48,704 bases of DNA from Dehalococcoidia bacterium (GCA_049642385.1 JBAROU010000126.1:1-48704); one strand, 5' to 3'. Shown: positions 27,024 through 36,473, counted from the stretch's first letter. A program made the numbers and translations. Notes: generated by a model not told the origin, from the letters alone.

Positions 27024-28307
27024 ATGTCAGCGTTCGTTGTCATCGGCGGTCAGTGGGGCGACGAGGGGAAAGGTCGCACGGTCGACCTCCTCGCGCAGGA
27101 AGCCTCAGTCGTGGCCCGCTACTCAGCGGGCGATAACGCCGGCCACACCATCATCAACCACATGGGCAAGTTCGTCCTGCACCTGGTGCCGGCGGGCATC
27201 TTCTATCCGGACAAGCAGTGCTTGATCGGGAACGGCGTCATGATCAACCCGGAGGTGCTCCTCGGTGAAATCGAGCAGCTCGAGTCGAGGGGCGTGAGTA
27301 CGAAGAATCTGAGCGTGAGCGACCGGGCGCAGGTGCTGATGCCGTATCACCGCCTGCTGGACGAGCTCGAGGAGCAGGCGCGCGGCGCCGCAGCGCTCGA
27401 AACGACGAAGCGCGGCGTCGGGCCGGCGTTCACCGACAAGGTGGCGCGCTCGGGCATCCGCATCTCGGACCTGGTCGAGCCGGACGCGCTGCGCGCCCGA
27501 CTCGAGGAGATATTGCCTCGCAAGAACCGGATCATCGAGCGGCTCTACGACGGCACGCCCCTCGATATCGAGGCGGTATTCTCCTCGTACAAGGAGCACG
27601 GCTGCCGGCTCGCGCGCTATGTGCGCGACACGTCGGCGATGGTGCACGAGGCGCTGGAGCGTGGGGAGACGGTGCTGCTGGAGGGCGCGCAGGGCAGCCT
27701 GCTCGACCTGGACGCGGGCACGTACCCCTACGTCACGTCGTCGGTGCCGTCGTCGCTCGCAGCGGGCGCGGCGATCGGTGTTGGCATCGGGCCGACGCAG
27801 ATCGAGCGCGTGGTGGGCGTGTACAAGGCGTACATGACGCGCGTCGGCAATGGGCCGATGCCAACGGAGCTGCTGGACGAGACGGGGGACATCCTGCGAC
27901 GCGAAGGGCCGGAGCCGGAGTTCGGCGCGACGACCGGCCGACCGCGCCGCTGCGGCTGGTTTGACGCGATCGCTTCGCGCTACAGCGTGCGTGTGAACGG
28001 CGTGACCAGCGCGACCCTCAGCCGCCTGGACGTCCTGGACAACTTCCCATCGATCGATATCTGTATTGCGTACGAGATCGACGGTAAACGCGTCGAGTCG
28101 TTTCCGTCGACTGCGGCGGTGCTGGAGCGAGCGAAGCCCATCTATGAGGAGCACGCGGGTTGGCTCCAGGGCACGGCCGATGTTCGCCACTTCGGCGACC
28201 TGCCGAAGGAAGCACAGTCATACGTTGAGCGCATCGAGGAGCTGCTCGGCTGCCCTGTCGAGATCGTCTCGGTCGGGCCCGAGCGCGAGCAGATGATGAG
28301 GCGGTAG
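27024..28307 (+). CDS. purA: Adenylosuccinate synthetase
   Basis: MSAFVVIGGQWGDEGKGR P-loop, GDNAGHT, TTKRGVGPAF, GATTGRPRRCGW. Start moved from the track's upstream Met. Confidence 0.95.
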   Translation: MSAFVVIGGQWGDEGKGRTVDLLAQEASVVARYSAGDNAGHTIINHMGKFVLHLVPAGIFYPDKQCLIGNGVMINPEVLLGEIEQLESRGVSTKNLSVSDRAQVLMPYHRLLDELEEQARGAAALETTKRGVGPAFTDKVARSGIRISDLVEPDALRARLEEILPRKNRIIERLYDGTPLDIEAVFSSYKEHGCRLARYVRDTSAMVHEALERGETVLLEGAQGSLLDLDAGTYPYVTSSVPSSLAAGAAIGVGIGPTQIERVVGVYKAYMTRVGNGPMPTELLDETGDILRREGPEPEFGATTGRPRRCGWFDAIASRYSVRVNGVTSATLSRLDVLDNFPSIDICIAYEIDGKRVESFPSTAAVLERAKPIYEEHAGWLQGTADVRHFGDLPKEAQSYVERIEELLGCPVEIVSVGPEREQMMRR

Positions 28308-28309
28308 GC

Positions 28310-28804
28310 ATGGGCGAAGCTGTCAACCCCTGGTTGCACATTCTGGCCGCGACGATCTGGGTCGGCCCGCAGTTCATGCTGTTCATCGCGGCGGTACCGG
28401 CGATTCGCTCCGTGGAAGACGCGCAGGCGCGCGCCCGCGCGATGCGCATCCTAACGACGCGCTTCGGCTTCCTGGCCTGGGGCGCGATGATCGTGCTCGT
28501 GGTCACGGGCATCGGAAACCTGTACGAGAACGACCTGTCCGTGGATGTGCTGTTTGAGCGCAACTTCGGCACCATCTTTCAGGTGAAGATGACGCTGGTG
28601 ATCATCGTCGTCGCACTGACGGCGCTGCACAGCTTCGTCATCGGGCCGCGCGTGTCGAGATTGCAGGAATCGGCTGCGAGCGAGGCGGAGCTGGCGACCG
28701 CGCGGCGGCTCTCGATGATGATTTCGGGCGTGGGGCTGCTGTTGTCGCTCGCCATCCTCTTCTGCGGCGCGCTCCTGGCCTCGGACTTCGCGCTGAAGGG
28801 CTAG
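28310..28804 (+). CDS. CopD-like / unknown 4-TM membrane protein
   Basis: Four hydrophobic helices. The HILAATIWVGPQF N-terminus is reminiscent of CopD-type proteins. Weak assignment. Confidence 0.5.
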   Translation: MGEAVNPWLHILAATIWVGPQFMLFIAAVPAIRSVEDAQARARAMRILTTRFGFLAWGAMIVLVVTGIGNLYENDLSVDVLFERNFGTIFQVKMTLVIIVVALTALHSFVIGPRVSRLQESAASEAELATARRLSMMISGVGLLLSLAILFCGALLASDFALKG

Positions 28805-28805
28805 G

Positions 28806-29486
28806 CTACTCGAACAGGTCTTGGTAGGTCCGGCCTGGCTCCGGCGGGGGCAGCACGCGATAGTACTGTTCCGACATCAGCTTGACGTTGTTTACCATCA
28901 GGAAGAACTCGCGAGCGTCCTGCTGGCTGCTGTGGCAGGCCAGCGCGTCTAGCTTCGTGTCGAAAAACTCGGTGATGTCAATGTCGTGGGTCGGTTCGGC
29001 CTCCGGCCCCTCCAGCTCGAACTGCTTAGCAAACTCCTTCGGCACGGCGCCGTAGAACACTCGCAGCGAGCGGCTGGCCTGGTCGACGCCCGCCATGGCC
29101 GCCTTGTGCGCGGCGATGTGGTCGCCGTGGCGCGTGATACCATGCTGCCCGAATGTGACGATCGTATCGGCGTTTGAGGCCTCGATCTGGCGCAGGACGT
29201 GGTTGGCGAGCTCCTGCTTGTCGATTTGATCGAGCTGGCCGTCCATGTAGTCGAGCAAGGTCAATTGGCGGATGCCGAGGACGCGACACGCCGCGCGCAG
29301 CTCGTGGGTACGCAGCAGGCCGAGCTTCTCTGGAGTATCGATCGGCTCTGGCGTGGCGCCGACCTGGCCGGACGTGAAGCAGAGCAGGTCGACGGGCACG
29401 CCCTGCGCCACGTAGCGCGCAATTGTGCCGCCGCTGCCAAACGATTCGTCGTCCGGGTGGGCGAAGACGCAGAGAATGGTGGGCAT
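28806..29486 (-). CDS. PIG-L family deacetylase (LmbE/BshB/MshB-like)
   Basis: VFAHPDDESFGSGG zinc-binding motif. GGAGG SD 7 nt upstream of the ATG. Confidence 0.85.
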   Translation of the reverse strand: MPTILCVFAHPDDESFGSGGTIARYVAQGVPVDLLCFTSGQVGATPEPIDTPEKLGLLRTHELRAACRVLGIRQLTLLDYMDGQLDQIDKQELANHVLRQIEASNADTIVTFGQHGITRHGDHIAAHKAAMAGVDQASRSLRVFYGAVPKEFAKQFELEGPEAEPTHDIDITEFFDTKLDALACHSSQQDAREFFLMVNNVKLMSEQYYRVLPPPEPGRTYQDLFE

Positions 29487-29599
29487 GGCGGGACCTCCAC
29501 GCCAAGTCTAGCTGAGTTGCAGCGTACGCCGCACTATGAATCGTCAGCATACCCAGGTGATGCCGCATTCTTTCAAGATCAGGTGTTGGCCTTCCTTCG

Positions 29600-29628
29600 T
29601 TGACACGGCGGTGGTGCCTACCTAAGCT
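29600..29628 (+). promoter_or_regulatory. Candidate promoter TTGACA-17-TAAGCT for ychF
   Basis: Consensus -35 with ideal spacing. The -10 ends 9 nt before GTG 29638. No SD. Confidence 0.45.
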
Positions 29629-29637
29629 GAATACGCC

Positions 29638-30726
29638 GTGGACTTAGGAATCATCGGACTGGAACGTTCTGGTAAGACGACGCTATTCAACGCCGTGGCG
29701 GGCGGCCACGCGCGCACCGGCAGCTACGGAGGCCAGGAGCCGAACATCGGCGTGGTGAAGGTGCCGGACGAACGGCTGACCAAGCTGTGCGCGCTGGTGA
29801 ACCCGAAGAAGGTGACACCCGTCGAGGCGCGCTATCTCGACTTCCCCGGCAGCCTCTCGCTGCGAGGCGCGGGGTCGGAGGCGGCGCACCTGGCGGCGCT
29901 TGCCCAGTGCGATGCGCTGGTGCATGTCGTTCGCGCGTTCCATGACGAGTCGGTGCCGCACCCTGAGGTCAGCGTCGACGCGGAACGGGACATCGCGGCG
30001 GTTCACCTAGAGCTTGCGTTCGCGGACGCCGCCGTCCTGGAGCGTCGGGCCGAGAAGCTTGAGATGACGGTGCGTTCGGCGCGGGCCGGCGATCGCGAGG
30101 GAGGCGAACGCGAGCTCGCGTTGGTGCAACGGTTGCGCGAGGCGCTGGAGCGCGACGAGCCGCTGCGCCAGCAGCCCCTGACGCCGGACGAGCGGCGCAC
30201 GATCAGCGGCTTTCAGCTCCTCACCAACAAACCGCAGCTCATCGTGGTGAACGTCGATGACGCTGACGTCGGCCGGGCGAGCGAAATCGAGGCGGGGATA
30301 TCGGGACGCTGGGGTGGTACCGGCGTGGAAGTGGCGGCGCTCTGCGCGAAGCTGGAGCAGGAGCTGCGCGAGCTATCCGACGAGGAGGCGCAGGAGTTTC
30401 GGAACGACCTGGGCATCACGGAAGGCGGCCTCGAGCGGATGTTGCGCCTGGCGCAGCAGGTGCTGGGCCTGCTCACGTTCTTTACGATAGGCGAGCAGGA
30501 CGGTCACGCCTGGGCGCTGCCGCACGGCTCGACGGCGCTGGACGCCGCCGCCAAGATACACAGCGACATCGCGCGCGGCTTCATCCGAGCCGAAGTGATC
30601 GGCTGGCAAGAGATGGTCGAAACCGGCTCCTGGGCCGAGGGCCGCAAGCAGGGGCTGATGCGCACGGAAGGCAAGCAGTACGTAATGCAGGACGGGGACG
30701 TTGTGAACGTGCTGTTCAACGTATGA
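29638..30726 (+). CDS. ychF: Redox-regulated ATPase YchF (Obg-like)
   Basis: G1 motif GLERSGKTTLFNAV. C-terminal YchF/TGS-like region KIHSDIARGFIRAEVI...DGDVVNVLFNV. Confidence 0.9.
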   Translation: MDLGIIGLERSGKTTLFNAVAGGHARTGSYGGQEPNIGVVKVPDERLTKLCALVNPKKVTPVEARYLDFPGSLSLRGAGSEAAHLAALAQCDALVHVVRAFHDESVPHPEVSVDAERDIAAVHLELAFADAAVLERRAEKLEMTVRSARAGDREGGERELALVQRLREALERDEPLRQQPLTPDERRTISGFQLLTNKPQLIVVNVDDADVGRASEIEAGISGRWGGTGVEVAALCAKLEQELRELSDEEAQEFRNDLGITEGGLERMLRLAQQVLGLLTFFTIGEQDGHAWALPHGSTALDAAAKIHSDIARGFIRAEVIGWQEMVETGSWAEGRKQGLMRTEGKQYVMQDGDVVNVLFNV

Positions 30727-31559
30727 GCGACGAACAGGCGGAGATCCTTCGTGAGGTGGTGCGCGCCGCGAGCGGCGGGTCGCCCGTCGCGGTGGCGACG
30801 GTGATCCGAGCGCCGGAAGGCGCACCTACGGTGGCCGGCGCGAAGCTCCTAGTGCGAGCGGACGGGACGCGGCTCGGCTCGTTGGGCGGAGGTACGTTGG
30901 AAGACGCGGCTGCAGCGGACGCGCACGCCGCGCTCACGCGCAGGCCGCGCATGCAGGTCGAATCGATCTACTACGGCGCGGATGGAACGCGCCTGCATCG
31001 CGTAGAAGCGGGACTGGACGAATTCGAGGTGATGATCGAGATGACGGAGCGCCCGGCGACGCTGCTCATCGTCGGGGGTGGCCACGTCGGCCAGTCGATC
31101 GCGACGATCGGCGAGCACGTGGGGCTCTCCGTCGTGGTGTTGGATGACCGGGAGGCCTTCGCCAACGTCGAACGGTTCCCAATGGCGGACCGAGTGATCC
31201 ACGGCGACTTTGTCGAAGAGCTACGTCGCTTTGAGATCGATACGAGTACCTACATCGTGCTCGTCTCACGCGGGCACAAGCAGGACGAGCTCAGCCTGCG
31301 CGAAGTCGTCACGTCGGATGCCGCGTACATCGGCATGATCGGCAGCCACCGCCGCGTGAGTGCTGTGCTGACGCATCTCGCGCGCGAGGGCTACGCGCGC
31401 GCAGCGTTGGAGCGCGTGCACACGCCGATCGGTCTCGACATCGGCGCGGAGACACCGGAGGAGATAGCGGTGAGCGTGGTGGCGGAGATCATCGCCGTGC
31501 GCCGGGGCGGCAGCGGCGCGAAAATGTCAGAGTTGCGCAAGGCGCGAATCGGAGAATAG
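30723..31559 (+). CDS. XdhC/CoxI family accessory protein
   Basis: XdhC_CoxI N-domain plus Rossmann-like C-domain (LLIVGGGHVG, MIGSHRR). ATGA overlap with the ychF stop. Confidence 0.8.
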   Translation: MSDEQAEILREVVRAASGGSPVAVATVIRAPEGAPTVAGAKLLVRADGTRLGSLGGGTLEDAAAADAHAALTRRPRMQVESIYYGADGTRLHRVEAGLDEFEVMIEMTERPATLLIVGGGHVGQSIATIGEHVGLSVVVLDDREAFANVERFPMADRVIHGDFVEELRRFEIDTSTYIVLVSRGHKQDELSLREVVTSDAAYIGMIGSHRRVSAVLTHLAREGYARAALERVHTPIGLDIGAETPEEIAVSVVAEIIAVRRGGSGAKMSELRKARIGE

Positions 31560-31570
31560 AGGAGCGTTGC

Positions 31571-32170
31571 CTACGGCTGGCCGCTGACCGTGATCGAGCC
31601 GTCAGCGAATGAAACGCCGTAGTCGTGTGTCAGATCTAGATCCTCGGTCTGGTCTTCGACAATGCTGTCGATGCGGCCCTTGAGGACATCTGCGAGCGGG
31701 CCGGGCAGTCCACCCATCTCGACATCGTCGATGACCATCTCAGGTTGCTCGCCGCGCAGGTTGACCGTGCCGCGCACGAGGACGTCGACGTCGCCGGGAA
31801 AGAAAGGCACGTCAACCTTGCCGGACGCGGCTCCGCCATCGACCGTAAAGCAGACAAACAGGTTCGTCACCGGCGCGTCGTGCTCGACCACCCAGAGGCG
31901 AGCACGAGACGTAACTTCTGTCTCCGTGAACGTTGTCGATGAGACCTGACCCGCGCCGAGTGTGTCGTTGAGCTGGTCCCACTTCTGCTGGAATGAGACG
32001 GCAGGCTGCGGCTGCGGGTTGATCGGGCGGGCCACATCCTCGCATGAACCGGGATCACCAGTGAGCGCGAGGATGAAGAGGATGACCACGGTGACCAGTA
32101 CGCCGACGACGGCGATCGAGAAGAACGCCGAGATGAGGCGGAGCGGGCGGATGGGGCCAAAGAACGGCAT
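31571..32170 (-). CDS. Hypothetical N-terminally anchored exported protein
   Basis: TM segment LISAFFSIAVVGVLVTVVILFILAL followed by a beta-rich soluble domain. No family recognised with confidence. Confidence 0.55.
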   Translation of the reverse strand: MPFFGPIRPLRLISAFFSIAVVGVLVTVVILFILALTGDPGSCEDVARPINPQPQPAVSFQQKWDQLNDTLGAGQVSSTTFTETEVTSRARLWVVEHDAPVTNLFVCFTVDGGAASGKVDVPFFPGDVDVLVRGTVNLRGEQPEMVIDDVEMGGLPGPLADVLKGRIDSIVEDQTEDLDLTHDYGVSFADGSITVSGQP

Positions 32171-32214
32171 GGGCGGGGTTGGTTGGCTGGAGGGTCAGGC
32201 TGCTGGCTGCGCGA

Positions 32215-33009
32215 TTAGCGTTGTTCGCTCGTGTAGGTGGCCATGGCAGCTCCTTCTCCCTCTTCGTCTTCTTCGGCCTTCTCCCGGGCGGCTGTTCGCG
32301 GTAGGGTCACCTCTTGCCGCTCGTCGCGGCGGGGCTTGCGGTGCGGCGGCAGCGCATCAATGACGCCGCGCAGCCGGCGCAACGCATCGATGGCGTCGCG
32401 CTCCTTCATGTCGATGCCGACCAAGAGAGCGCCCGCGTCGCGCAGGGAAAGTAGGTCGTCCTGATCAGCGTTGAGGCGGACGTGGAGAAGCAGCGGCTTG
32501 CGCGTGAGGCCGCTAATGCGCTGCAGGTCCATCTGCTGACGGATCGTCAGCGCGCCTGTCTGCTGCTCGAGGTAGATCGCGTCGAGCGATAGGCCCTCAA
32601 TGACGCGCAGTTGGATGTCGCTGAGTTCGTCCTTCACCTGGAGCACGGTGCCCAGGTCATCGTCGGTAAGCGTGGCTGCTGGCGCGTCGGGCGCCACGAT
32701 CAAGAAATCGACGCCGGCCTTGCATACGCGTTCGAGATCGCCGTCCGCAGGCTGCGTCAGCAGGAGGCCGCAGGGCCGGACGTCGGCAGCGCCGATGGCG
32801 CTGGCGAGCTCGCCGTCGCCCGGCTTGCCGGTCAGCACAAATGCGTCGGCGCCCGCTACCGCGGCATCGGCGACGCCCTTTTGCCAGCGTTCGCCGATAA
32901 GGGCGACGAGCAGCATGGTGGGCGACGACTTGCGCGGCGCAGAACCAAAGCCGAACGGGGCTGGTTCGCTGCGTCCGGTCTTGCGGAGGAGGGCGGAGAG
33001 TTTGGTCAT
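32215..33009 (-). CDS. Hypothetical protein downstream of etfA
   Basis: 264 aa with an alternating beta/alpha-like pattern and an acidic C-terminal tail (EEDEEGEG). Starts 6 nt after the etfA stop. No family recognised. Confidence 0.55.
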   Translation of the reverse strand: MTKLSALLRKTGRSEPAPFGFGSAPRKSSPTMLLVALIGERWQKGVADAAVAGADAFVLTGKPGDGELASAIGAADVRPCGLLLTQPADGDLERVCKAGVDFLIVAPDAPAATLTDDDLGTVLQVKDELSDIQLRVIEGLSLDAIYLEQQTGALTIRQQMDLQRISGLTRKPLLLHVRLNADQDDLLSLRDAGALLVGIDMKERDAIDALRRLRGVIDALPPHRKPRRDERQEVTLPRTAAREKAEEDEEGEGAAMATYTSEQR

Positions 33010-33015
33010 GGCGGG

Positions 33016-33993
33016 CTAGCTCGACTTCTCTTTCTTGACGGCTTCGATGAGCGGCTTCATCACCTTTGCGTAGTCTTCGACGATGCCGAAGCGCGATGCC
33101 TTGAAGATGTTCGCGTCGGGGTCCTTGTTGATGGCCACGATGTTCTTTGCGCCGGAGCAGCCGGCCATGTGCTGGCTAGCGCCCGAGATGGCGACGGCCA
33201 CGTAGAGCGTGGGACTAACGACTTTGCCCGTGAGGCCGACCTGCTCGGAGACGGGACGCCACTCCAGGTCGCACACGGCCCTGCTGGCGCCAACGGCGCC
33301 ACCGAGCGCCTGCGCCAGCTCTTCGATCACGTCGAAGTGTTCCGGGCCGCCCAGGCCGCGGCCGCCCGACACGACCGCATCGGCGTCCTCCAGGCGAATG
33401 CCCTCCGCCGCAGCGCCCTTGCGCTCGGTCACCTTCAGCCGCACGGCGGACGCGTCGATCGCGACGTCGACCTTCGCTACCTGACCCTGCCGGCTGTCGT
33501 CCCTCTCCAACGGGTCTTGCGATTTGGCGCGCACTGTCGCGATCTGCGGGTTGGCGTGGACGATGTTCACCGCCCGGGCGTTGCCGCCGTAGCATGGCCG
33601 TGTCGCGGCTAAGCGGTCGCCCTCCATGGCTAGCTCGATGCAGTCCATGATCACGCCCGTGCCCAGCCGAAACGCCAGGCGGGGGGCGAGGTCACGGCCG
33701 AAGTTAGTCTGGCCAAACAGGATGATGGAAGGCGAAGCTTGTTCCAATATCTTCAGCATCGCCTGGATGTAGACGTCGCTGTTGTACTCGCTGAGGTCGG
33801 CGCTATCCGCGATGACGACCTCGTCCGCACCGAACGCAATCGCGTCCTGCGCGACGCTCTCAACACCCGAACCGATCAGGGCGCAGGTGATGCCGTCGAT
33901 GCCAAGGCGGCGTGCTGCGCCCAGCATCTCGGCGGTGACGGGCACGAGCTGGCCGTCTACCACCTCACCGACAACAAGAATCCCATTTGCCAT
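33016..33993 (-). CDS. etfA: Electron transfer flavoprotein alpha subunit
   Basis: C-terminal FAD-binding signature VVSGGRGLG...GASRAVCD...[25 protein letters not shown]. Confidence 0.92.
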   Translation of the reverse strand: MANGILVVGEVVDGQLVPVTAEMLGAARRLGIDGITCALIGSGVESVAQDAIAFGADEVVIADSADLSEYNSDVYIQAMLKILEQASPSIILFGQTNFGRDLAPRLAFRLGTGVIMDCIELAMEGDRLAATRPCYGGNARAVNIVHANPQIATVRAKSQDPLERDDSRQGQVAKVDVAIDASAVRLKVTERKGAAAEGIRLEDADAVVSGGRGLGGPEHFDVIEELAQALGGAVGASRAVCDLEWRPVSEQVGLTGKVVSPTLYVAVAISGASQHMAGCSGAKNIVAINKDPDANIFKASRFGIVEDYAKVMKPLIEAVKKEKSS

Positions 33994-34011
33994 GCTCCGC
34001 TCCTCGGTGTG

Positions 34012-34311
34012 CTACTTCATCCAGAACTGATGGATGACCTCGCCGTCATGCCACTCGGGGTCAGCATCCAGCAGATCGCGCATTTTTCGAAACTCTTTGT
34101 CTTGTTCAGGATCGTTCGCGTTGGCATGGTAGTTCTCTTTGCTATCGAAGAAGACCGCCATCATGATTTCATTCTGGTTACTGTCCATTTGATAGATGAT
34201 TTCGCCCAGGTAGCCCTTGGGATGACGGTTCGTGTCGAAGTCCGTCATCTGCTTCTTTAGATCATCCATCTTGCCAGCCTTGAGCTTCATGTGTGCGACC
34301 GTGCCGTACAT
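34012..34311 (-). CDS. Small ABM/Dabb-like (ferredoxin-fold) protein, compositionally atypical
   Basis: 99 aa starting at MYGTVAHMKLKAG, with GGAGG 4 nt upstream. Sequence pattern resembles antibiotic-biosynthesis-monooxygenase-like domains. My hand count gives about 50% GC. Confidence 0.55.
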   Translation of the reverse strand: MYGTVAHMKLKAGKMDDLKKQMTDFDTNRHPKGYLGEIIYQMDSNQNEIMMAVFFDSKENYHANANDPEQDKEFRKMRDLLDADPEWHDGEVIHQFWMK

Positions 34312-34344
34312 TGTGCCTCCTTTTCGGGACGCCATTCGCTCCCG

Positions 34345-35148
34345 CTAGATAAGTCGTGCTTCCTTGAGTTTGCGGGCTAAGTTCTGCGCCTTCTCTTCGG
34401 GTGTATCGCCCTCGATGATTTCGACTTGCATGTCGCTCTGGGGGATGTAGAGCCGTTGGAGCGAGAGCTTCCGGCCACCTTCGCCGAGCTGGCTCTCGTC
34501 GAGGCCGAGGTCGGCGGCGGACCAGACGGTGACCTGTTTGCGAGCGGCCTGCATGATCTGCTGAAGCTTCGGGTAACGTGGTTCGCCCAGCTCGTTGCTG
34601 ATCGTCGTGACCGCCGGGAGCGGTGCCTCGACCGTCTCGAAGCCGTCCATCAGGACGCGCTCGACGACGACAGTGCTGTCCTTCACCTGTGCGTCCTTGC
34701 AGATCGTGAGCACGGGCCAGCCCAACAGCTCGGCGATGCCGGAGCCGGTGACGCCCATGTCCCAGTCGACGGCCTGCCGGCCGCAGATCACGAGGTTGAC
34801 GTCGCCCAGCTTCTCGACTGCCTTCGAGAGCACGAGCGAGATCTGGTACCAGTCTAGGCTTCCGAACAAGGCATCGCTGAGCAGCAGGCCTTCGTCGGCG
34901 CCCATCGCGAGGCTGTGCTTGATGGCGTCGCGGGCACCTTCGGGTCCCATCGTGAGGATCGTAATCTTGGTATCGGGTGACTGGTCCTTGATGCGCATCG
35001 CCGCCTCGACACCGATTTCATCGAATTGGCTGCGTACGGGCGCGACGCCCGCAGGCGGCACCACCTGTTTGGTCGCCTCGTCCACTTTGAAGTTGGACGG
35101 GGGAATGTCCCAGTCCGGCACCTGCTTCACGCAACAAACGATGTGCAC
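34345..35148 (-). CDS. etfB: Electron transfer flavoprotein beta subunit
   Basis: MHIVCCVKQVPD N-terminus with a full-length EtfB-like sequence. GGAGG upstream. Confidence 0.92.
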   Translation of the reverse strand: MHIVCCVKQVPDWDIPPSNFKVDEATKQVVPPAGVAPVRSQFDEIGVEAAMRIKDQSPDTKITILTMGPEGARDAIKHSLAMGADEGLLLSDALFGSLDWYQISLVLSKAVEKLGDVNLVICGRQAVDWDMGVTGSGIAELLGWPVLTICKDAQVKDSTVVVERVLMDGFETVEAPLPAVTTISNELGEPRYPKLQQIMQAARKQVTVWSAADLGLDESQLGEGGRKLSLQRLYIPQSDMQVEIIEGDTPEEKAQNLARKLKEARLI

Positions 35149-35267
35149 GTGTGATCCTCCTTGCGCCGAACGTCAATCTGGTGGGCGCGCGGCCGATTGT
35201 GAAGCCAGGCGCGAACCCGTCATACGGTACACAACGGCGCGGGTAGGGGCAAGCGTGGGAGACGCTG

Positions 35268-36461
35268 TTACCTCGTACGGCGCCAGGCGTACCATGCCAG
35301 ACCGCTGAACATGATCGTGCCCGCTGCGGCAGCAGAGAGTAAGCCGATAATAATGCCGATCTGGCGTTCCGAACTGTCTGCTGCTCGTGCAGCCGTGTCG
35401 TCGATGGCCGGTGGTTCCGCGTCGCCGCCTACGCCCGTCGGTTCCGAGTAGATGGTGAAGGCATCGATCACATCTCCGTCGATCTCTTTGAAGTAACCAT
35501 TGGCCTTCCTTGGATTGCCGTCGACGTTGAACTCGATGAACAACGCGCCGAAGTCCGCTCCTTGGTCGGATGTGCTGATGCTCGCCCATTCGCCGTTGCA
35601 ACCGTAGGGTGGTGTTGTCGGGAAGCAGCGGTCCTGGTTCCTGATGTCTTTGCCCCCCAGGCCCGACACGAAGACGAAGGTCGAGCCCTGCGCGACGTGG
35701 ACATCGGCTGGGTTGGGCCAGCGGGAATCAACGGTCTGCGTCTGGATATTGCTGAGCGTCTTCGTGCGCTCGTAGGAGTGCTCGTGAGCTGTGGCGATGA
35801 TCGCTCGGCCGTTGCGGCATTCCTCATACGGGCCCCAGCCTACTTCGTTCGTTTTGCTGCCGACTTGCACCGCGGTCTGGTTCTTGTGCCAGGCACAGAT
35901 ACGCCAGATCGAACTGTTCTCGGCGAGCGCGTTGTGGATGAAGTCGATGTGCGGCTGGTAATCCGGCGTGTCGGGGATCGATCCTGCACCAGAGAGGATG
36001 AAGAACAGCCCCTGATACGTACAGGCTGCGCTCACGCCGAGGTCGCCGGTACAGGTGGCACCGGGTACGAGCGCGAGTCGGTCGTCGAGGAGCTGCTGGT
36101 AGGTCGACCAGTTCCCGACATCGTGGTTGCCGGCTGAAGCGAAGTAAGGGAAGTCGTCGCCGAGGATGTCCGTGATTTGCGCGTCCCAGTCGATGGCTGT
36201 TTGTGGATTCGTCTCGCTCCCGTAGCCGAGGTCACCCTGGTGGAGCACCATGTCGGCGCCTTCGGCCTGGATGAGCGTGAGCACCGCTTCCGCGTTTGGG
36301 CCGAGCCCTTGGTCGCCGATGAAAGCGACCTTGAAGTTCGGTGGCGTCTCGGTGGAGCCTGTCGCATGGAGTGTTGGGCGTTCGCTGAGAACAGCGCTCG
36401 TACCCAGGAGCACTCCGATGAGGGCGATGGCAATAAGAGGGTTGGGCCGGTGGAACGCCAT
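35268..36461 (-). CDS. Purple-acid-phosphatase-like metallophosphoesterase, secreted with a C-terminal TM anchor
   Basis: Motifs GDQG, GDLGY, GNHD, AWHK and AHEHSYER match the DxG/GDxxY/GNH(D/E)/VxxH/GHxH pattern. N-terminal signal-like segment and a C-terminal hydrophobic helix plus RRTR. Confidence 0.8.
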   Translation of the reverse strand: MAFHRPNPLIAIALIGVLLGTSAVLSERPTLHATGSTETPPNFKVAFIGDQGLGPNAEAVLTLIQAEGADMVLHQGDLGYGSETNPQTAIDWDAQITDILGDDFPYFASAGNHDVGNWSTYQQLLDDRLALVPGATCTGDLGVSAACTYQGLFFILSGAGSIPDTPDYQPHIDFIHNALAENSSIWRICAWHKNQTAVQVGSKTNEVGWGPYEECRNGRAIIATAHEHSYERTKTLSNIQTQTVDSRWPNPADVHVAQGSTFVFVSGLGGKDIRNQDRCFPTTPPYGCNGEWASISTSDQGADFGALFIEFNVDGNPRKANGYFKEIDGDVIDAFTIYSEPTGVGGDAEPPAIDDTAARAADSSERQIGIIIGLLSAAAAGTIMFSGLAWYAWRRTR

Positions 36462-36473
36462 ACGAACGCTGGC

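Noticed and set aside
26996-27136. 46-codon ORF starting at an ATG right after AAAGGAG in the purA leader
   Set aside because: The spacing from SD to ATG is only about 1 nt. The frame overlaps the conserved purA N-terminus out of frame and is Arg/Gly-rich. The AGGAG is more likely part of leader structure.
27123-28190. 355-aa ORF on the minus strand
   Set aside because: It is antisense to purA, whose identity is unambiguous. Its composition is Arg/Ala/Leu-rich and typical of an artefact.
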